Source: Candidatus Iainarchaeum sp. (GTDB taxonomy: Archaea; Iainarchaeota; Iainarchaeia; Iainarchaeales; CSSED10-239). Taken from it: a stretch of 32,000 bases of DNA. Below are positions 16,118 through 26,205 of this stretch, piece after piece (position 1 is the first letter of the stretch; each line of letters opens with the position of its first letter). A program made the position numbers and the translations under genes. The stretch spans positions 216,418 through 248,417 of the forward strand of contig JBBISB010000001.1 in assembly GCA_037441475.1 (NCBI GenBank). Direction: 5' to 3'. Under the pieces are notes generated by a model that ran no database searches, had not been told where the DNA came from, and saw only the letters and a list, made by a program, of their open reading frames with translations.

Positions 16118-19100
16118 CTAATTAAAAGAAGTTAGATACTCTTTTACATAATCAAGTTCTGTTTTACCGTACTTGTCTTTTATTTTATTATCATAATAGT
16201 TTAAAGGCATAACAATTTGCCTTAACTGCCTTCCACTTGTGGTATAATAATCAACAGCTTCCTCTGCTGAAACATAGAATGAAGCATTCAACATAAGACC
16301 AGATTCGTTTTTGTAAATATCTACGTAAGGTGCTGTATGAGTATATAAAAGACCAGTAAATTTTTTTCCAGCTCTTGAAGGAATATGATAATTGTTTGGA
16401 TAAGTATAAGTTGTTTTACCTATATATATACCTAAAATCATTCCTTCAAAAAATCTATTTGGGTTTATTGGAGGATCGCGCCTATAATCCCAGACTACTT
16501 GATTTATAGTTGCAAGAAACCAAGCATCGTCTCTTACAAAATCAGATTCTCTTGGGTATACTGAAAAATGTCTAACCATGTTATAATGATAATTATTTGT
16601 AACATCTAGACTTAAGGCAGTACATCTATTTTGATATTTTCTTATAGGGTTTGTCATTATAAAATTTTTAGAAATATAATTATCTGTAAGTCTTGTATAT
16701 CTTTTTGGAAGTTTAAATTTTAAAAATAACTTTTCTTTAGGATCAATATAGTTTTCTTTAATATACTTTTGGATATTTTCATTTTCTGTTTTATCTTTAC
16801 TAAAAACAAGATCATTAGGGTTAAAGAAAGATAATCTATCAAACACTAAGTAGTTTGCAAAGAAATCAATTGTTGAAGAATAGTCTTTTCTAAAGTCTAA
16901 GAAGGATGCTCCAGCAATGTTATTATTACTATCAATAAAGATTATACCTTCTTTTGAAGAAGTAAAATACTCTGATAGATATTTGGAAGGATATTTTTCT
17001 TGACCTGCATATATTTGGCCTATAGGTGTTTTAAAGAAAGATAACTGTTCAATAAAGTTATTTTGATCTTCAAGATAAAATGCAGAGTTAAGAATAATGT
17101 TTGTATAGTTGTTTAGATTTAAATCCTTTGTGTAATCACAAAGAAGAGAATAATTATCTTTTGTAAAAGAATTTCTCTTGATAATGTAATCTTTTGATTC
17201 TAGAGTAACATTACTAAATGGAAATTCTGAATAACCAGGATACTTAAGAATAGTGAAGTTCATTCTTTTTAGATGTTTTTCAAAAATATTAAAATCTTGG
17301 TCAATTTTATTTACATCACAAAATTTTTTTTTTAAAAACCAGTTTGTTTCTCTTAAATCAGCTTTAACAAAAGTATTTGCCCAAAATAACTTCTGTTCAA
17401 TTAAAGAAAAATCTTGTGCGTTTGAAACATCATAAATATAACTATTGAACAACTTAAGCTTTAAAGGAGATATTTTTGTTAAATTATTATCAATTTGTGC
17501 ATCCTTTCCTGTCAAGTAATTAAGTTTATTATCATAATCACTATATGTGTTTACTTTTTTGTTTGTGTAGCCGGTATTATTTTTATAAACCCTTAAAACA
17601 CCAGAAGAAACAACTATAAAATAATCCTTATAAATATAGAAATAAGGGTATGTTGTTGAAATAATGTTTTTTCTATCATTTGTAATTATTATAGGCAAAT
17701 TTTCATCTTTAAAAAGGATATGAAAAGATGTACTTTGTTTTGAGGAATAAACTTCAGTTATTTTAAGATGTTCATTTTCTAAAAGAAAGAAATTTGTTCT
17801 AAGCTTATAGTTTGCTGTACTTTCAACAAAGTAATAAGAGTTACTTATAGCCTCAATTAAATAAATATCCATTTTTCCAAAAAGATTGTTATCAAAATTA
17901 TAGAATAAATACAGATCATCCTTAACAATTGGGTTTAAGGACTTACCTGAACTTAAAGATATAAAAAAAGAATTGTCTTTAAAGTTAGGTGTGTGAAATA
18001 AAGCATATTCTTTTCTAGAGTATATGTTTTTTATACTTTCAGATGAAGAACTAATAGATAATTTTCTTTTTCTATTCTCCATAACATTATATATTTCATA
18101 ATTATTTAAAACTATATTCCCATTTCTGAAAAGTAAGTTTGTTATTATGTTTTTATTTTCATCACCTTCTTTAACAGAAAAGTAATTTGAAGAAAGAAAA
18201 CTACTAAAGGAAAGATTCTTTTCTTGATCTAAGAAATTTATTTTAAAATCAACAAAATTTTCATTATAGTTGTTTAAAGTGTATGTAAAAGAACCATGCT
18301 CCCCTTGACTAAGACTAAGTCTATATATTTCATCCATGTCAGAGAAACTTATAGGATAAGCTACTTTATTACTTAAAATCCATCCATTCTCTTCAATCTC
18401 AAGCTTTAAGCTATTGTAATTGATTGGATCAGGGTATGCATAAACAACAGCTGAATCTGTTTTTATAATGTTTACAGGTAAATTAAATTCATTTGAAAGA
18501 ATGCTTTTTTTAAAAAATATTTCTGTTTGTATAATCTTTGATTGGTTATTGTAGTTATGAGGAGTAAATTTAATTTCTGCTAAAACAACTTTTTCTTGAA
18601 GCCATTTTTTAGTTATTAACTCATCTATACAGTTTTTAGAAAAACCAATACCATTTTCTAAATAAGATTTATTTCTGTTTATTAAATCTGCTTTTGTTGT
18701 AACTGGGTATCTTTTAAAATAATCTAAGACTGGTTTACAGTAAGCCGAGTAAGGTTCCTTTGGAAGGAAAGGGGCATAAGAGCCTGTTGATTTATTAATA
18801 TCAATTGCAAAGAGTGAATATATTGGTGTATAGTCTAGAAAACCTTCTTGTAAAGATAGGCTTTGAAAGTAAGTAAGATTTTCATTAGCGTGACTTATTA
18901 ATGGAAAAAAATATGAGTTTGCTTTTTTTAAATCTGTTAAATAAAGAGAGATTTCATTTTCCTGTGGAAAGTTTTTAACTAATGAGTTGTAGTCGTCTGT
19001 AAAGTAACTAAACTCATACTCTTTATTTGCTAAGGTTGATGAGAAGGTTATTTGAGAGAATATTATTAAAGAAAATAATAATATGAAGATATGTATCTTT

Positions 19101-19981
19101 CTTGCCTCCCTTCTAGATATTTGTTGTTCTTTTCTTTGAAGTGTATTTCTTTCCATAGGTGTTTCTTTTTTTCTTTTTTTTAAAATAATAAATAATATTA
19201 TTACTATTATTAAAAGGATATACCAATAACTTCTTAAGTTATCTTTTATAGAATTGCTTTTTATTTTTTCAAGGAAGGTTTGAGAAGAGGTAGGAGTTAG
19301 TGAAGAACCCATTCCATTATTTTCTAAAGAGTTATTTTCTTGAGAGGATATTTCTTCTTTACTTACAACAATAATGTCTAACCTTTCTTCAAAAATAGAG
19401 TTTTCAATAACTGTAGATATTTCTAAAGAATATATGCCTTCCTTAAGATTAAGTTTTAGAGGGAAAGAAGAATTGTTGTATTCTTTTAAATAATCTTGAG
19501 AGGTAACTTTAACATTAAAGAAAGAGTCTTTTAAAGAAGAGGAAAGATAGAAGTCTTTGTTTTCTTCAAAAATATCAAATAACTCTTGCGAGCATGTTAT
19601 GTCATTACAAAAATAATAATTAATTTCTTTATTTATTTTTTTTAAAACTAAAGGGTATTCTTTTTTTTCTATAAGCTGTTGAGAAAAAGAAAAATATGAA
19701 TAACTGATGACTAAAGAGGAAGGATAAAAGCTTTCAAACTTAAAAGGTATAGAGGATGCCTCCTCTGTTAAAAAAGATCTTTCAAACAAGATTCTTTCTT
19801 GAGAAGTAACTTCTAAGGTTATGTAGTAAACCTCTTGAGAAATATCTGTAAGGCCTAGGTCTATTCTCTCTGTATAGTAATAATCGTTTAAAGGATCAAA
19901 CTTATGGTTTGAGGAGAATAGAGGTATAGATAAGGATATTAGGAAAATAAATAGAATTATACTAAAATATCTTTTGCTCAT
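16118..19981 (-). CDS. Giant orphan surface protein (1287 aa) with a signal peptide and an internal TM hairpin
   Basis: One uninterrupted ORF. N-terminal signal MSKRYFSIILFIFLISLSIPLFSS. TM1 YWYILLIIVIILFIIL is followed by KKRKKE, then a basic loop, then TM2 IHIFILLFSLIIFSQITFS. The remaining ~970 aa are Asn/Tyr-rich with no domain I recognise. Confidence 0.6.
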   Translation of the reverse strand: MSKRYFSIILFIFLISLSIPLFSSNHKFDPLNDYYYTERIDLGLTDISQEVYYITLEVTSQERILFERSFLTEEASSIPFKFESFYPSSLVISYSYFSFSQQLIEKKEYPLVLKKINKEINYYFCNDITCSQELFDIFEENKDFYLSSSLKDSFFNVKVTSQDYLKEYNNSSFPLKLNLKEGIYSLEISTVIENSIFEERLDIIVVSKEEISSQENNSLENNGMGSSLTPTSSQTFLEKIKSNSIKDNLRSYWYILLIIVIILFIILKKRKKETPMERNTLQRKEQQISRREARKIHIFILLFSLIIFSQITFSSTLANKEYEFSYFTDDYNSLVKNFPQENEISLYLTDLKKANSYFFPLISHANENLTYFQSLSLQEGFLDYTPIYSLFAIDINKSTGSYAPFLPKEPYSAYCKPVLDYFKRYPVTTKADLINRNKSYLENGIGFSKNCIDELITKKWLQEKVVLAEIKFTPHNYNNQSKIIQTEIFFKKSILSNEFNLPVNIIKTDSAVVYAYPDPINYNSLKLEIEENGWILSNKVAYPISFSDMDEIYRLSLSQGEHGSFTYTLNNYNENFVDFKINFLDQEKNLSFSSFLSSNYFSVKEGDENKNIITNLLFRNGNIVLNNYEIYNVMENRKRKLSISSSSESIKNIYSRKEYALFHTPNFKDNSFFISLSSGKSLNPIVKDDLYLFYNFDNNLFGKMDIYLIEAISNSYYFVESTANYKLRTNFFLLENEHLKITEVYSSKQSTSFHILFKDENLPIIITNDRKNIISTTYPYFYIYKDYFIVVSSGVLRVYKNNTGYTNKKVNTYSDYDNKLNYLTGKDAQIDNNLTKISPLKLKLFNSYIYDVSNAQDFSLIEQKLFWANTFVKADLRETNWFLKKKFCDVNKIDQDFNIFEKHLKRMNFTILKYPGYSEFPFSNVTLESKDYIIKRNSFTKDNYSLLCDYTKDLNLNNYTNIILNSAFYLEDQNNFIEQLSFFKTPIGQIYAGQEKYPSKYLSEYFTSSKEGIIFIDSNNNIAGASFLDFRKDYSSTIDFFANYLVFDRLSFFNPNDLVFSKDKTENENIQKYIKENYIDPKEKLFLKFKLPKRYTRLTDNYISKNFIMTNPIRKYQNRCTALSLDVTNNYHYNMVRHFSVYPRESDFVRDDAWFLATINQVVWDYRRDPPINPNRFFEGMILGIYIGKTTYTYPNNYHIPSRAGKKFTGLLYTHTAPYVDIYKNESGLMLNASFYVSAEEAVDYYTTSGRQLRQIVMPLNYYDNKIKDKYGKTELDYVKEYLTSFN

Positions 19982-20055
19982 ATATAATATATAGTAAACA
20001 AAAAAATAAAAAGAGAATTGTTTCTCTCTTTATGTTAAAAAAGAAAAACAAATTC

Positions 20056-22437
20056 TTATTTATTTAAGTAAAAAAGATACCAGCCAATCTTTCTTACAGA
20101 CCCAACTGTTGCAACACAACCAAGTTTTTTCTGTGAAGAGTTTTGGAACAATTCATTTCCTGTTCCTGCACAATTAACATTTACATTATCTTTATCAGCG
20201 GGAATAGTAACAGTATTAAAGAAAGTTCTTGTATCTCTTATATTAAATTGATGTGCATAAAACATAATAAATGCTTTATCAATATCTGTATATCTTGAAT
20301 TAAATTCAGTAATATTTGTTTTGGCATAATTTAAATTATATTTAAACACAGCAAGACCTAAATATAAGGATTTATTTAAATCAGATCCAGATTCATCAAA
20401 ATAAGTGTAATATTTTTCAACTGTATTAATACTATTTGGGAGGTATACTTTTAAATCGTTAAAACCTTGTGAAGTTCTCCAAATTGGTTTATTTATTTGA
20501 GCAAGCCCTATAGATTCTCCTTTATCTCCAACTTGATTATTTAAAAAAGAGGATTCTCCTCCAATTATAGAAAAGAAAATTGCGATTTCATTTTCTGTAA
20601 GGTTAAAATTCTTCTTTTCAGATTCAAATAATTTATAAGCTTCTAAATTACTATTAAAGGTACTTTTTTTATTATCATAATAAAATTTAATTTCTAAATA
20701 ATATGTTTCTTTAGGACTAAATGTACCTGCAGAACTAGAAATAGAAGTGCTACCTATTTTCTTTTCAATATCAAAAATATTGAAATTACATAATATTTCA
20801 TAATCACCAGTATATTTACAATCAGAACTATCATCTACACTAGGTTTGTTAGTATCATCTCTAGGTTTACAGGATTCTTCAACTTTTCCATCTTCTCTTA
20901 CTGTTTGCTCACAAACAGGATCTTGATAGGCAGGAGTAATTATATTATAAGGCATCCAGTCTGGTATACTACAACCATCACAGTAAGCAGAATTAATTAT
21001 TTTTTGGTATATCTTATATTCTATTAGTGAATTAAAGTCAACCTTATTTAAATAAACAAAGAATAAATAATCTACATTTGTATTATCTTGCATAGCTGCT
21101 AAGAAATAATTATCTTTAGAATTATTTTTTATATTAAAGTTAGTTTGAGCTGAAGAAACATAATTGCCTACACCTAAACTAATCTCGTTGCCAGATAAAT
21201 TACCAGGATTATTTTTTGATACTTTATTTGTATAATCTTTTGTTAATTGGTTTATTGAAAAGTAAACTGGTTTATCAGAATATACTTTTTCAATAATTAC
21301 ATCTATATTTGACCAGTTGTTATAATAACAAATCTTTGTTTCTTTTTCACAGATTATATTATTATTTTTTAAATCATCTTTAAAATTAATTAAAAACTTT
21401 TTAGTGCTTGAAGATTGACCTGAAGCAGAATCACCTAAAGTAATTCCTTGTAGATAATTACTTAAAGTTAAAGTGTTAAAATTAACAGCAATTGCATTTA
21501 ACTTCTGTCCTGAAGATAAGGTGACTGGAGAAGTATATTTTTTAACACTATATTCAACACCTTCAATATTAACTTTTATTTCTTTTGTATTTAAGTAATT
21601 TTTTAATTTTTCAGAGCTATTTAATTCTTTAATTTTATCTTTAAAATATTTATCTATATTGAAATCATTTAATGTATAATAAATATTTACATTATCAGAA
21701 ACATTTGAATCAAGTTTAATTTTATTTTCTTCAACTATAGAATGAGTTAAATTTATTGAAGAAATTGATTTTACAGTAGATTCATTTAATGAAAAGGTAT
21801 AAACTGCCTTTGCTAAATTTTTACTATTCTGAAAATCATTATGATAGAATGAAGAAAAAAAACCACAATGATCATAAAGATAAATATAAGCTTTATTATA
21901 ATTATAAAAATCAGCTATATTAAATTTATAGGAATAATTTTGATTCTTTTTGAAGTCATCCTCTATTTTTATAATAATTAAATTATAATCTTCATTAATA
22001 TATTCTTTTAAATTATTTTTAAAAGTAGGATCATTTGTTCCTAAATAATTATTATATTTTTTTAAAGTATCTTCAGTTTCATTTACACCAGTACCTCTGT
22101 TAGATAAACTATCGTATAAAAAATCATCTATTCCTTTTTCACTATTAAAGGAATCATTTACTAAGAAAACCACTAAAAATAAACCTCTATGCTCAGTTGA
22201 ATATTTTACACCTAAGACACTTTTATCTGTTGTTCTACAAGAAAGCCTATCTTCTAAATTATTACTATAATTAATAGTAAGACTATTATCTTTTATATCT
22301 GCTGAAGTTAAATCCCATCCTAATTTTGAAGTTAAACTATAACTTGTAAATTCGTTTTCAGCAAAGGCAAAGCCTGAAGATAAAACAAACATTAAAACCA
22401 TTAAAAAAATACCTAAAATACCTAATCTCTTTTGCAT
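20056..22437 (-). CDS. Secreted 793-aa protein with a C-terminal lytic transglycosylase (SLT/lysozyme-like) domain
   Basis: Signal peptide MQKRLGILGIFLMVLMFVLSSGFAFA. A Cys-rich segment lies mid-protein. The C-terminal IIGGESSFLNNQVGDKGESIGLAQINKPIW...LGLAVFKYNL...FYAHQFN follows the E-S...GLMQ...AYN motif order of SLT domains. AGAGGT SD upstream. Confidence 0.6.
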   Translation of the reverse strand: MQKRLGILGIFLMVLMFVLSSGFAFAENEFTSYSLTSKLGWDLTSADIKDNSLTINYSNNLEDRLSCRTTDKSVLGVKYSTEHRGLFLVVFLVNDSFNSEKGIDDFLYDSLSNRGTGVNETEDTLKKYNNYLGTNDPTFKNNLKEYINEDYNLIIIKIEDDFKKNQNYSYKFNIADFYNYNKAYIYLYDHCGFFSSFYHNDFQNSKNLAKAVYTFSLNESTVKSISSINLTHSIVEENKIKLDSNVSDNVNIYYTLNDFNIDKYFKDKIKELNSSEKLKNYLNTKEIKVNIEGVEYSVKKYTSPVTLSSGQKLNAIAVNFNTLTLSNYLQGITLGDSASGQSSSTKKFLINFKDDLKNNNIICEKETKICYYNNWSNIDVIIEKVYSDKPVYFSINQLTKDYTNKVSKNNPGNLSGNEISLGVGNYVSSAQTNFNIKNNSKDNYFLAAMQDNTNVDYLFFVYLNKVDFNSLIEYKIYQKIINSAYCDGCSIPDWMPYNIITPAYQDPVCEQTVREDGKVEESCKPRDDTNKPSVDDSSDCKYTGDYEILCNFNIFDIEKKIGSTSISSSAGTFSPKETYYLEIKFYYDNKKSTFNSNLEAYKLFESEKKNFNLTENEIAIFFSIIGGESSFLNNQVGDKGESIGLAQINKPIWRTSQGFNDLKVYLPNSINTVEKYYTYFDESGSDLNKSLYLGLAVFKYNLNYAKTNITEFNSRYTDIDKAFIMFYAHQFNIRDTRTFFNTVTIPADKDNVNVNCAGTGNELFQNSSQKKLGCVATVGSVRKIGWYLFYLNK

Positions 22438-22720
22438 ATTAATAAAACCTCTTTTATAAATATTCCATAAAATATTCTCTAAAAATATAATATTATTTCT
22501 TTATTATTAATTAAATATAGTTTTTAAGTTAACTTAAACTTATTAAACTATATATTATATAGGAAACAATATATTTATATATATTAGCAAAATCTTTGAA
22601 ATTTAAAAACCTCTTTAGAAAATATAAAAATCTTTAAAATTTAGAAAAGAAGCATTTTATAAACTTTTTACCCCTATATATTAATTACTTATATATAACA
22701 TAAAAAAAGGTGAAAAGTAT

Positions 22721-24169
22721 ATGACAATAAAACTCTACAACACACTTACAAGAAAAAAAGAAGCCTTCAAGCCAGTTGAAAAAGGTTTACTTAAGATATA
22801 TGTGTGTGGAGTAACTGTTTATGATGATGTTCACATAGGGCATGCAATGTCATATATCTACTATGATCTTTTAATTAATTATTTTAAATACTTCCATGAC
22901 TATCAAATCTTCTATGTTAGAAACATTACAGATGTTGGGCACTTAACATATGATGGTTTAGGGGATGATGGAGAAGATAAGATAACAAAAAGAGCAAAGG
23001 AAAGAAAGATACACCCTATGGAGCTTGTCTATAAATATTCACACAGAATGTGGGAGGGTTTTGATAAACTTAAGATATCAAGACCAAACTTAGAGCCACA
23101 AGCCTCATCCCATGTTCCTGAAATTATAGAATGGGTAAAAAAATTAATTGAAAATGGTTTTGCATATGAAACAAAAAACGGTATCTATTACGATGTTTCA
23201 AAGTTTAAAGAATATGGATCTTTTTCAAATAGAAAGATTGAAGACCTTTTAAAAGATACAAGATTTAAAAATGATGAAGAAAAGAAAAATCCAGCAGACT
23301 TTGCTGTCTGGATAAAAGCAAAACCAGAGCATATCTTAAAATGGAACTCTCCTTGGGGCCTAGGTTACCCTGGTTGGCATATTGAATGTTCAGTTATGGG
23401 GAATAAATACCTAGGAGATACCTTTGATATACATGGGGGAGGAATAGAGCATGTTTTTCCACATCATGAAAATGAGATAGCTCAAAATTATGGTTGCCTT
23501 GGAAAAAAAATGGTAAATTACTGGGTTCACTCTGCTATGCTATCTATAGATGGTAAGAAAATGGGAAAGTCTTTAGGAAACTTTATAACCATTGAAGATT
23601 TTTTAAAGAAACATACAGCAGAAGAACTAAGATATGTTTTTTCAACAGGACATTATAGAAAACCACAAAATTACACTGAACAATCAATTATTGATGCTAA
23701 AAAAACATTACAAAACCTAAACAACTACATTAGAAGACTACAAGAAGTAAAACAAGAAAAAGAAATGCACTATGCAAAAGAGATTATTGAAACATCAATC
23801 TTTAATTTTGAAAAATCAATGGATGATGATCTTAATACACCAACAGCATGGGCACAGATATTTTTCCTTGTAAAAGAAACAAACAAGCTAATGGATCAAG
23901 AAAAATTAACTAGGGAAGAAGCATCTAAGGTTTTAGATTTTTTAAAAAAAGTAAATCTTGTTTTTAAAGTTTTTAATTTTGAAAGTGAAAGTGAAAACAA
24001 GAAGAAAAATAAAATGCCTGTTGAAGAGATTGAAAAGTTAATTTTAAAGAGAGAAGAGTTAAGAAACAAAAAAAAATGGGAAGAAGCAGATATCATAAGA
24101 ATAAACCTAAAGAAAAAAGGAGTTATTCTTTTTGATTCTAAGGAAAAAACTACTTGGGCTTTTGAGTAG
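22721..24169 (+). CDS. cysS: Cysteinyl-tRNA synthetase
   Basis: Class I motifs HIGHAMSY and KMGKS. GWHIECS zinc/cysteine-binding region. AGGTGA SD upstream. Confidence 0.93.
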   Translation: MTIKLYNTLTRKKEAFKPVEKGLLKIYVCGVTVYDDVHIGHAMSYIYYDLLINYFKYFHDYQIFYVRNITDVGHLTYDGLGDDGEDKITKRAKERKIHPMELVYKYSHRMWEGFDKLKISRPNLEPQASSHVPEIIEWVKKLIENGFAYETKNGIYYDVSKFKEYGSFSNRKIEDLLKDTRFKNDEEKKNPADFAVWIKAKPEHILKWNSPWGLGYPGWHIECSVMGNKYLGDTFDIHGGGIEHVFPHHENEIAQNYGCLGKKMVNYWVHSAMLSIDGKKMGKSLGNFITIEDFLKKHTAEELRYVFSTGHYRKPQNYTEQSIIDAKKTLQNLNNYIRRLQEVKQEKEMHYAKEIIETSIFNFEKSMDDDLNTPTAWAQIFFLVKETNKLMDQEKLTREEASKVLDFLKKVNLVFKVFNFESESENKKKNKMPVEEIEKLILKREELRNKKKWEEADIIRINLKKKGVILFDSKEKTTWAFE

Positions 24170-24509
24170 TTTTCTTTTTTTCACTTTTCCCAAATAACTT
24201 TTCAAAAGATTTTTTAGAGTAATCATAATCCTCTTTTGAAAGGTTTATTCCTTTCCCTTTTCTTGTAAGCTCTTCTTGAAAATCTCTTTTAGAAATTCCA
24301 GCAAGCTTTGCACCTGCAGACAGATCTAGGTTTTTAGAATAGTACTTTTCAATAGCTTTTTCTAAATTATATTCATAAATACCTTTATCTAAAAACATTC
24401 TTAATGTTTCAGACTCACTTATTTCTTTTTCTTTAGAAACATTATAAATTAATTTTAAAGAACTATCAGATAACCTATAAGATTTTAATTTATATTCTTT
24501 TTTAACCAT
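24150..24509 (-). CDS. Putative antitoxin: RHH-like N-terminus fused to a UPF0175-like HTH
   Basis: LKSYRLSDSSLKLIYNVSKEKEISESETLRMFL is a strand-helix pattern of ribbon-helix-helix type. It is followed by LDLSAGAKLAGISKRDFQEELTRKG, which is UPF0175-like. A GAGGTG SD sits inside the end of the upstream PIN-like gene. Confidence 0.6.
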   Translation of the reverse strand: MVKKEYKLKSYRLSDSSLKLIYNVSKEKEISESETLRMFLDKGIYEYNLEKAIEKYYSKNLDLSAGAKLAGISKRDFQEELTRKGKGINLSKEDYDYSKKSFEKLFGKSEKKKTTQKPK

Positions 24510-24523
24510 TTAAAACACCTCTT

Positions 24524-25027
24524 TTATAAGTCATTTAAAGCAGAATCAATGTGTAATTTTTGTATTTTACCTTTCAATTGATTTATTGAAAATTCTGCTT
24601 TTTCTCTTGTAATATATTTATCTTTATATAACCTCACAATAAAATAAACTGAAGTGATTACAAATAAATTGTTTTTTTTACAAAAATTAAGTGCACCTTT
24701 ATCATCCACTAAAATAACTCCATTTATTTCTTTTAAAAGAGCTGTAGAAAAAAGCTCACCTGAATTTTTAGATAATTCTTTACTGATAGATAAAGAAACT
24801 TCCTTTGGCTCTTTTAAAGTAATTAAGTCTGCTTCTAAATATAGTTTAAATAAATATGAGTCTTTTGAAAAATAATTATTTTTTTCATAAAAATCAAATA
24901 ATTCTTCTCTAACTTTAAGTGTGGAATAAAGGTTAAAATAATCTAAAAGGAACTTATTTAAATCAACCTTAGATAGATTGATCCAAAATGAAGAATCAAT
25001 AACTGCATTAACTTTATGTTTAAGCAT
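24524..25027 (-). CDS. PIN-like (DUF3368-type) putative toxin nuclease
   Basis: AVIDSSFWINL...VREELF...SGELFSTALLKE...VILVDDKGALNFCKKNNL...ITSVYFIV shows the order of acidic residues and the layout of the DUF3368/PIN_3 family that pairs with UPF0175. Confidence 0.6.
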   Translation of the reverse strand: MLKHKVNAVIDSSFWINLSKVDLNKFLLDYFNLYSTLKVREELFDFYEKNNYFSKDSYLFKLYLEADLITLKEPKEVSLSISKELSKNSGELFSTALLKEINGVILVDDKGALNFCKKNNLFVITSVYFIVRLYKDKYITREKAEFSINQLKGKIQKLHIDSALNDL

Positions 25028-25036
25028 AAATATTAA

Positions 25037-25077
25037 TGTAATACAAAATATTTAAAAATAGATTCATTTGTATTACA
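25037..25077. promoter_or_regulatory. Perfect 11-bp inverted repeat flanking a TATA-like element upstream of the PIN/UPF0175 operon (putative operator)
   Basis: tgtaatacaaa (25037..25047) and tttgtattaca (25067..25077) are exact reverse complements. The 19-bp spacer contains atatttaaaaata. The site lies 10-50 bp upstream of the ATG at 25027. Confidence 0.4.
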
Positions 25078-25152
25078 AGAGAATAGAAATAACAAAAAAG
25101 CATTCATTAAAGGTTTTCAAAAAAAAGAATTATATCTTTTTAAAACAAAAAA

Positions 25153-26205
25153 CTAAAGAAGAGGAATTCCTCTTCTTTTAGCTTCTTTAAAAACCTCTTC
25201 AGGCCAAACACTTGATTGAACCTCTCCAATATGCCCTTTTTCTAAAAGAAACATACAAAGCCTTGATTGTCCAATTCCACCACCTATGCTTAAAGGAAGT
25301 TCTTCTCTTACAATCCTTTTATGATAATCTAGTTTTAGTTTATACATTTCTTTCTTTTCCCTTAATTGAAAAAGTAAAGCTTCTTTAGAAACTCTTATAC
25401 CCATTGAAGAAAGCTCTAAAGCTTTTTTATAAATAGGGTCATAAACTAGTAAATCACCGTTTAAGCCATGATAGGTTTTATGCTTAACCTTTATCTCTGT
25501 AGACCAATCATCATAATCTGTAGCTCTTAGATCATGTGCTTTTCCATCATCTAAAGGAAAGCCAATACCGATTATAAAGACAGTTCCATGCTCTTTACAG
25601 ATTCTATCTTCTCTTTCCTTTGAAGATAAAGAAGGGTATAGCTTTTGAAGGTCCTCTGAGTGTATGAAATAAACATCTTTTTCTAAAGAGTGTTTCAAGG
25701 AAGGATATTTTTTTAAAAGATATTTCTTTGTGTCATATATACAAGAATAGATATGTCTTACTATTTTTTTTAAAAACATCAAAGATCTTTCTTCTTTAGA
25801 AATTACTCTTTCCCAATCCCATTGATCAACATACAAAGAATGTGTTGAGTCTGGAATTTCATCTTTCCTTATAGCATCCATGTCTGTGTAAAGACCAGTT
25901 CCTTTAGAAAAATCATGCTCTCCTAAAACCACTATTTTCCATTTTGCAAGAGAATGAATAATCTCTATTGGTTCTTTTTTAAATTTAACTTTAAAAGAAA
26001 CAGGGGTTTGTGTTTGTGCTAAGTCATCTAAAAGACCAGTTTTTGAAACTAGAAATTTAGGGGATGTGACACGTTGTAAAAATAGTTTTTTTGAAAGTTT
26101 TTTTTCAAAATATTTTCTAAGAAGATAGATAGCTTGTTGTGTTTTTTTATAATCCAGTTTTGATTTATAGCCCTCTGGAAAAATTGGCCTGATACTTTTT
26201 TTGCG
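25153..26205 (-). CDS. asnA: Aspartate-ammonia ligase (asparagine synthetase A, AsnA type); N-terminal start unresolved
   Basis: DEIPDSTHSLYVDQWDWERVI...NGDLLVYDP...ELSSMGIRV...GGGIGQSRLCMFLL is clearly AsnA. The frame is open from 26205, with upstream translation RKKSIRPIFPEGYKSKLDYKKTQQAIYLLRKYF... The ORF track begins only at GTG 25932. Confidence 0.85.
   Translation of the reverse strand, partial: RKKSIRPIFPEGYKSKLDYKKTQQAIYLLRKYFEKKLSKKLFLQRVTSPKFLVSKTGLLDDLAQTQTPVSFKVKFKKEPIEIIHSLAKWKIVVLGEHDFSKGTGLYTDMDAIRKDEIPDSTHSLYVDQWDWERVISKEERSLMFLKKIVRHIYSCIYDTKKYLLKKYPSLKHSLEKDVYFIHSEDLQKLYPSLSSKEREDRICKEHGTVFIIGIGFPLDDGKAHDLRATDYDDWSTEIKVKHKTYHGLNGDLLVYDPIYKKALELSSMGIRVSKEALLFQLREKKEMYKLKLDYHKRIVREELPLSIGGGIGQSRLCMFLLEKGHIGEVQSSVWPEEVFKEAKRRGIPLL

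Noticed and set aside
16118-22437. Possibility that the two giant genes form a mobile or viral island
   Set aside because: No integrase, transposase, terminal repeats, flanking tRNA or capsid/terminase-like genes were seen. They are flanked tightly by kae1 and cysS, so there is no positive evidence for mobility.
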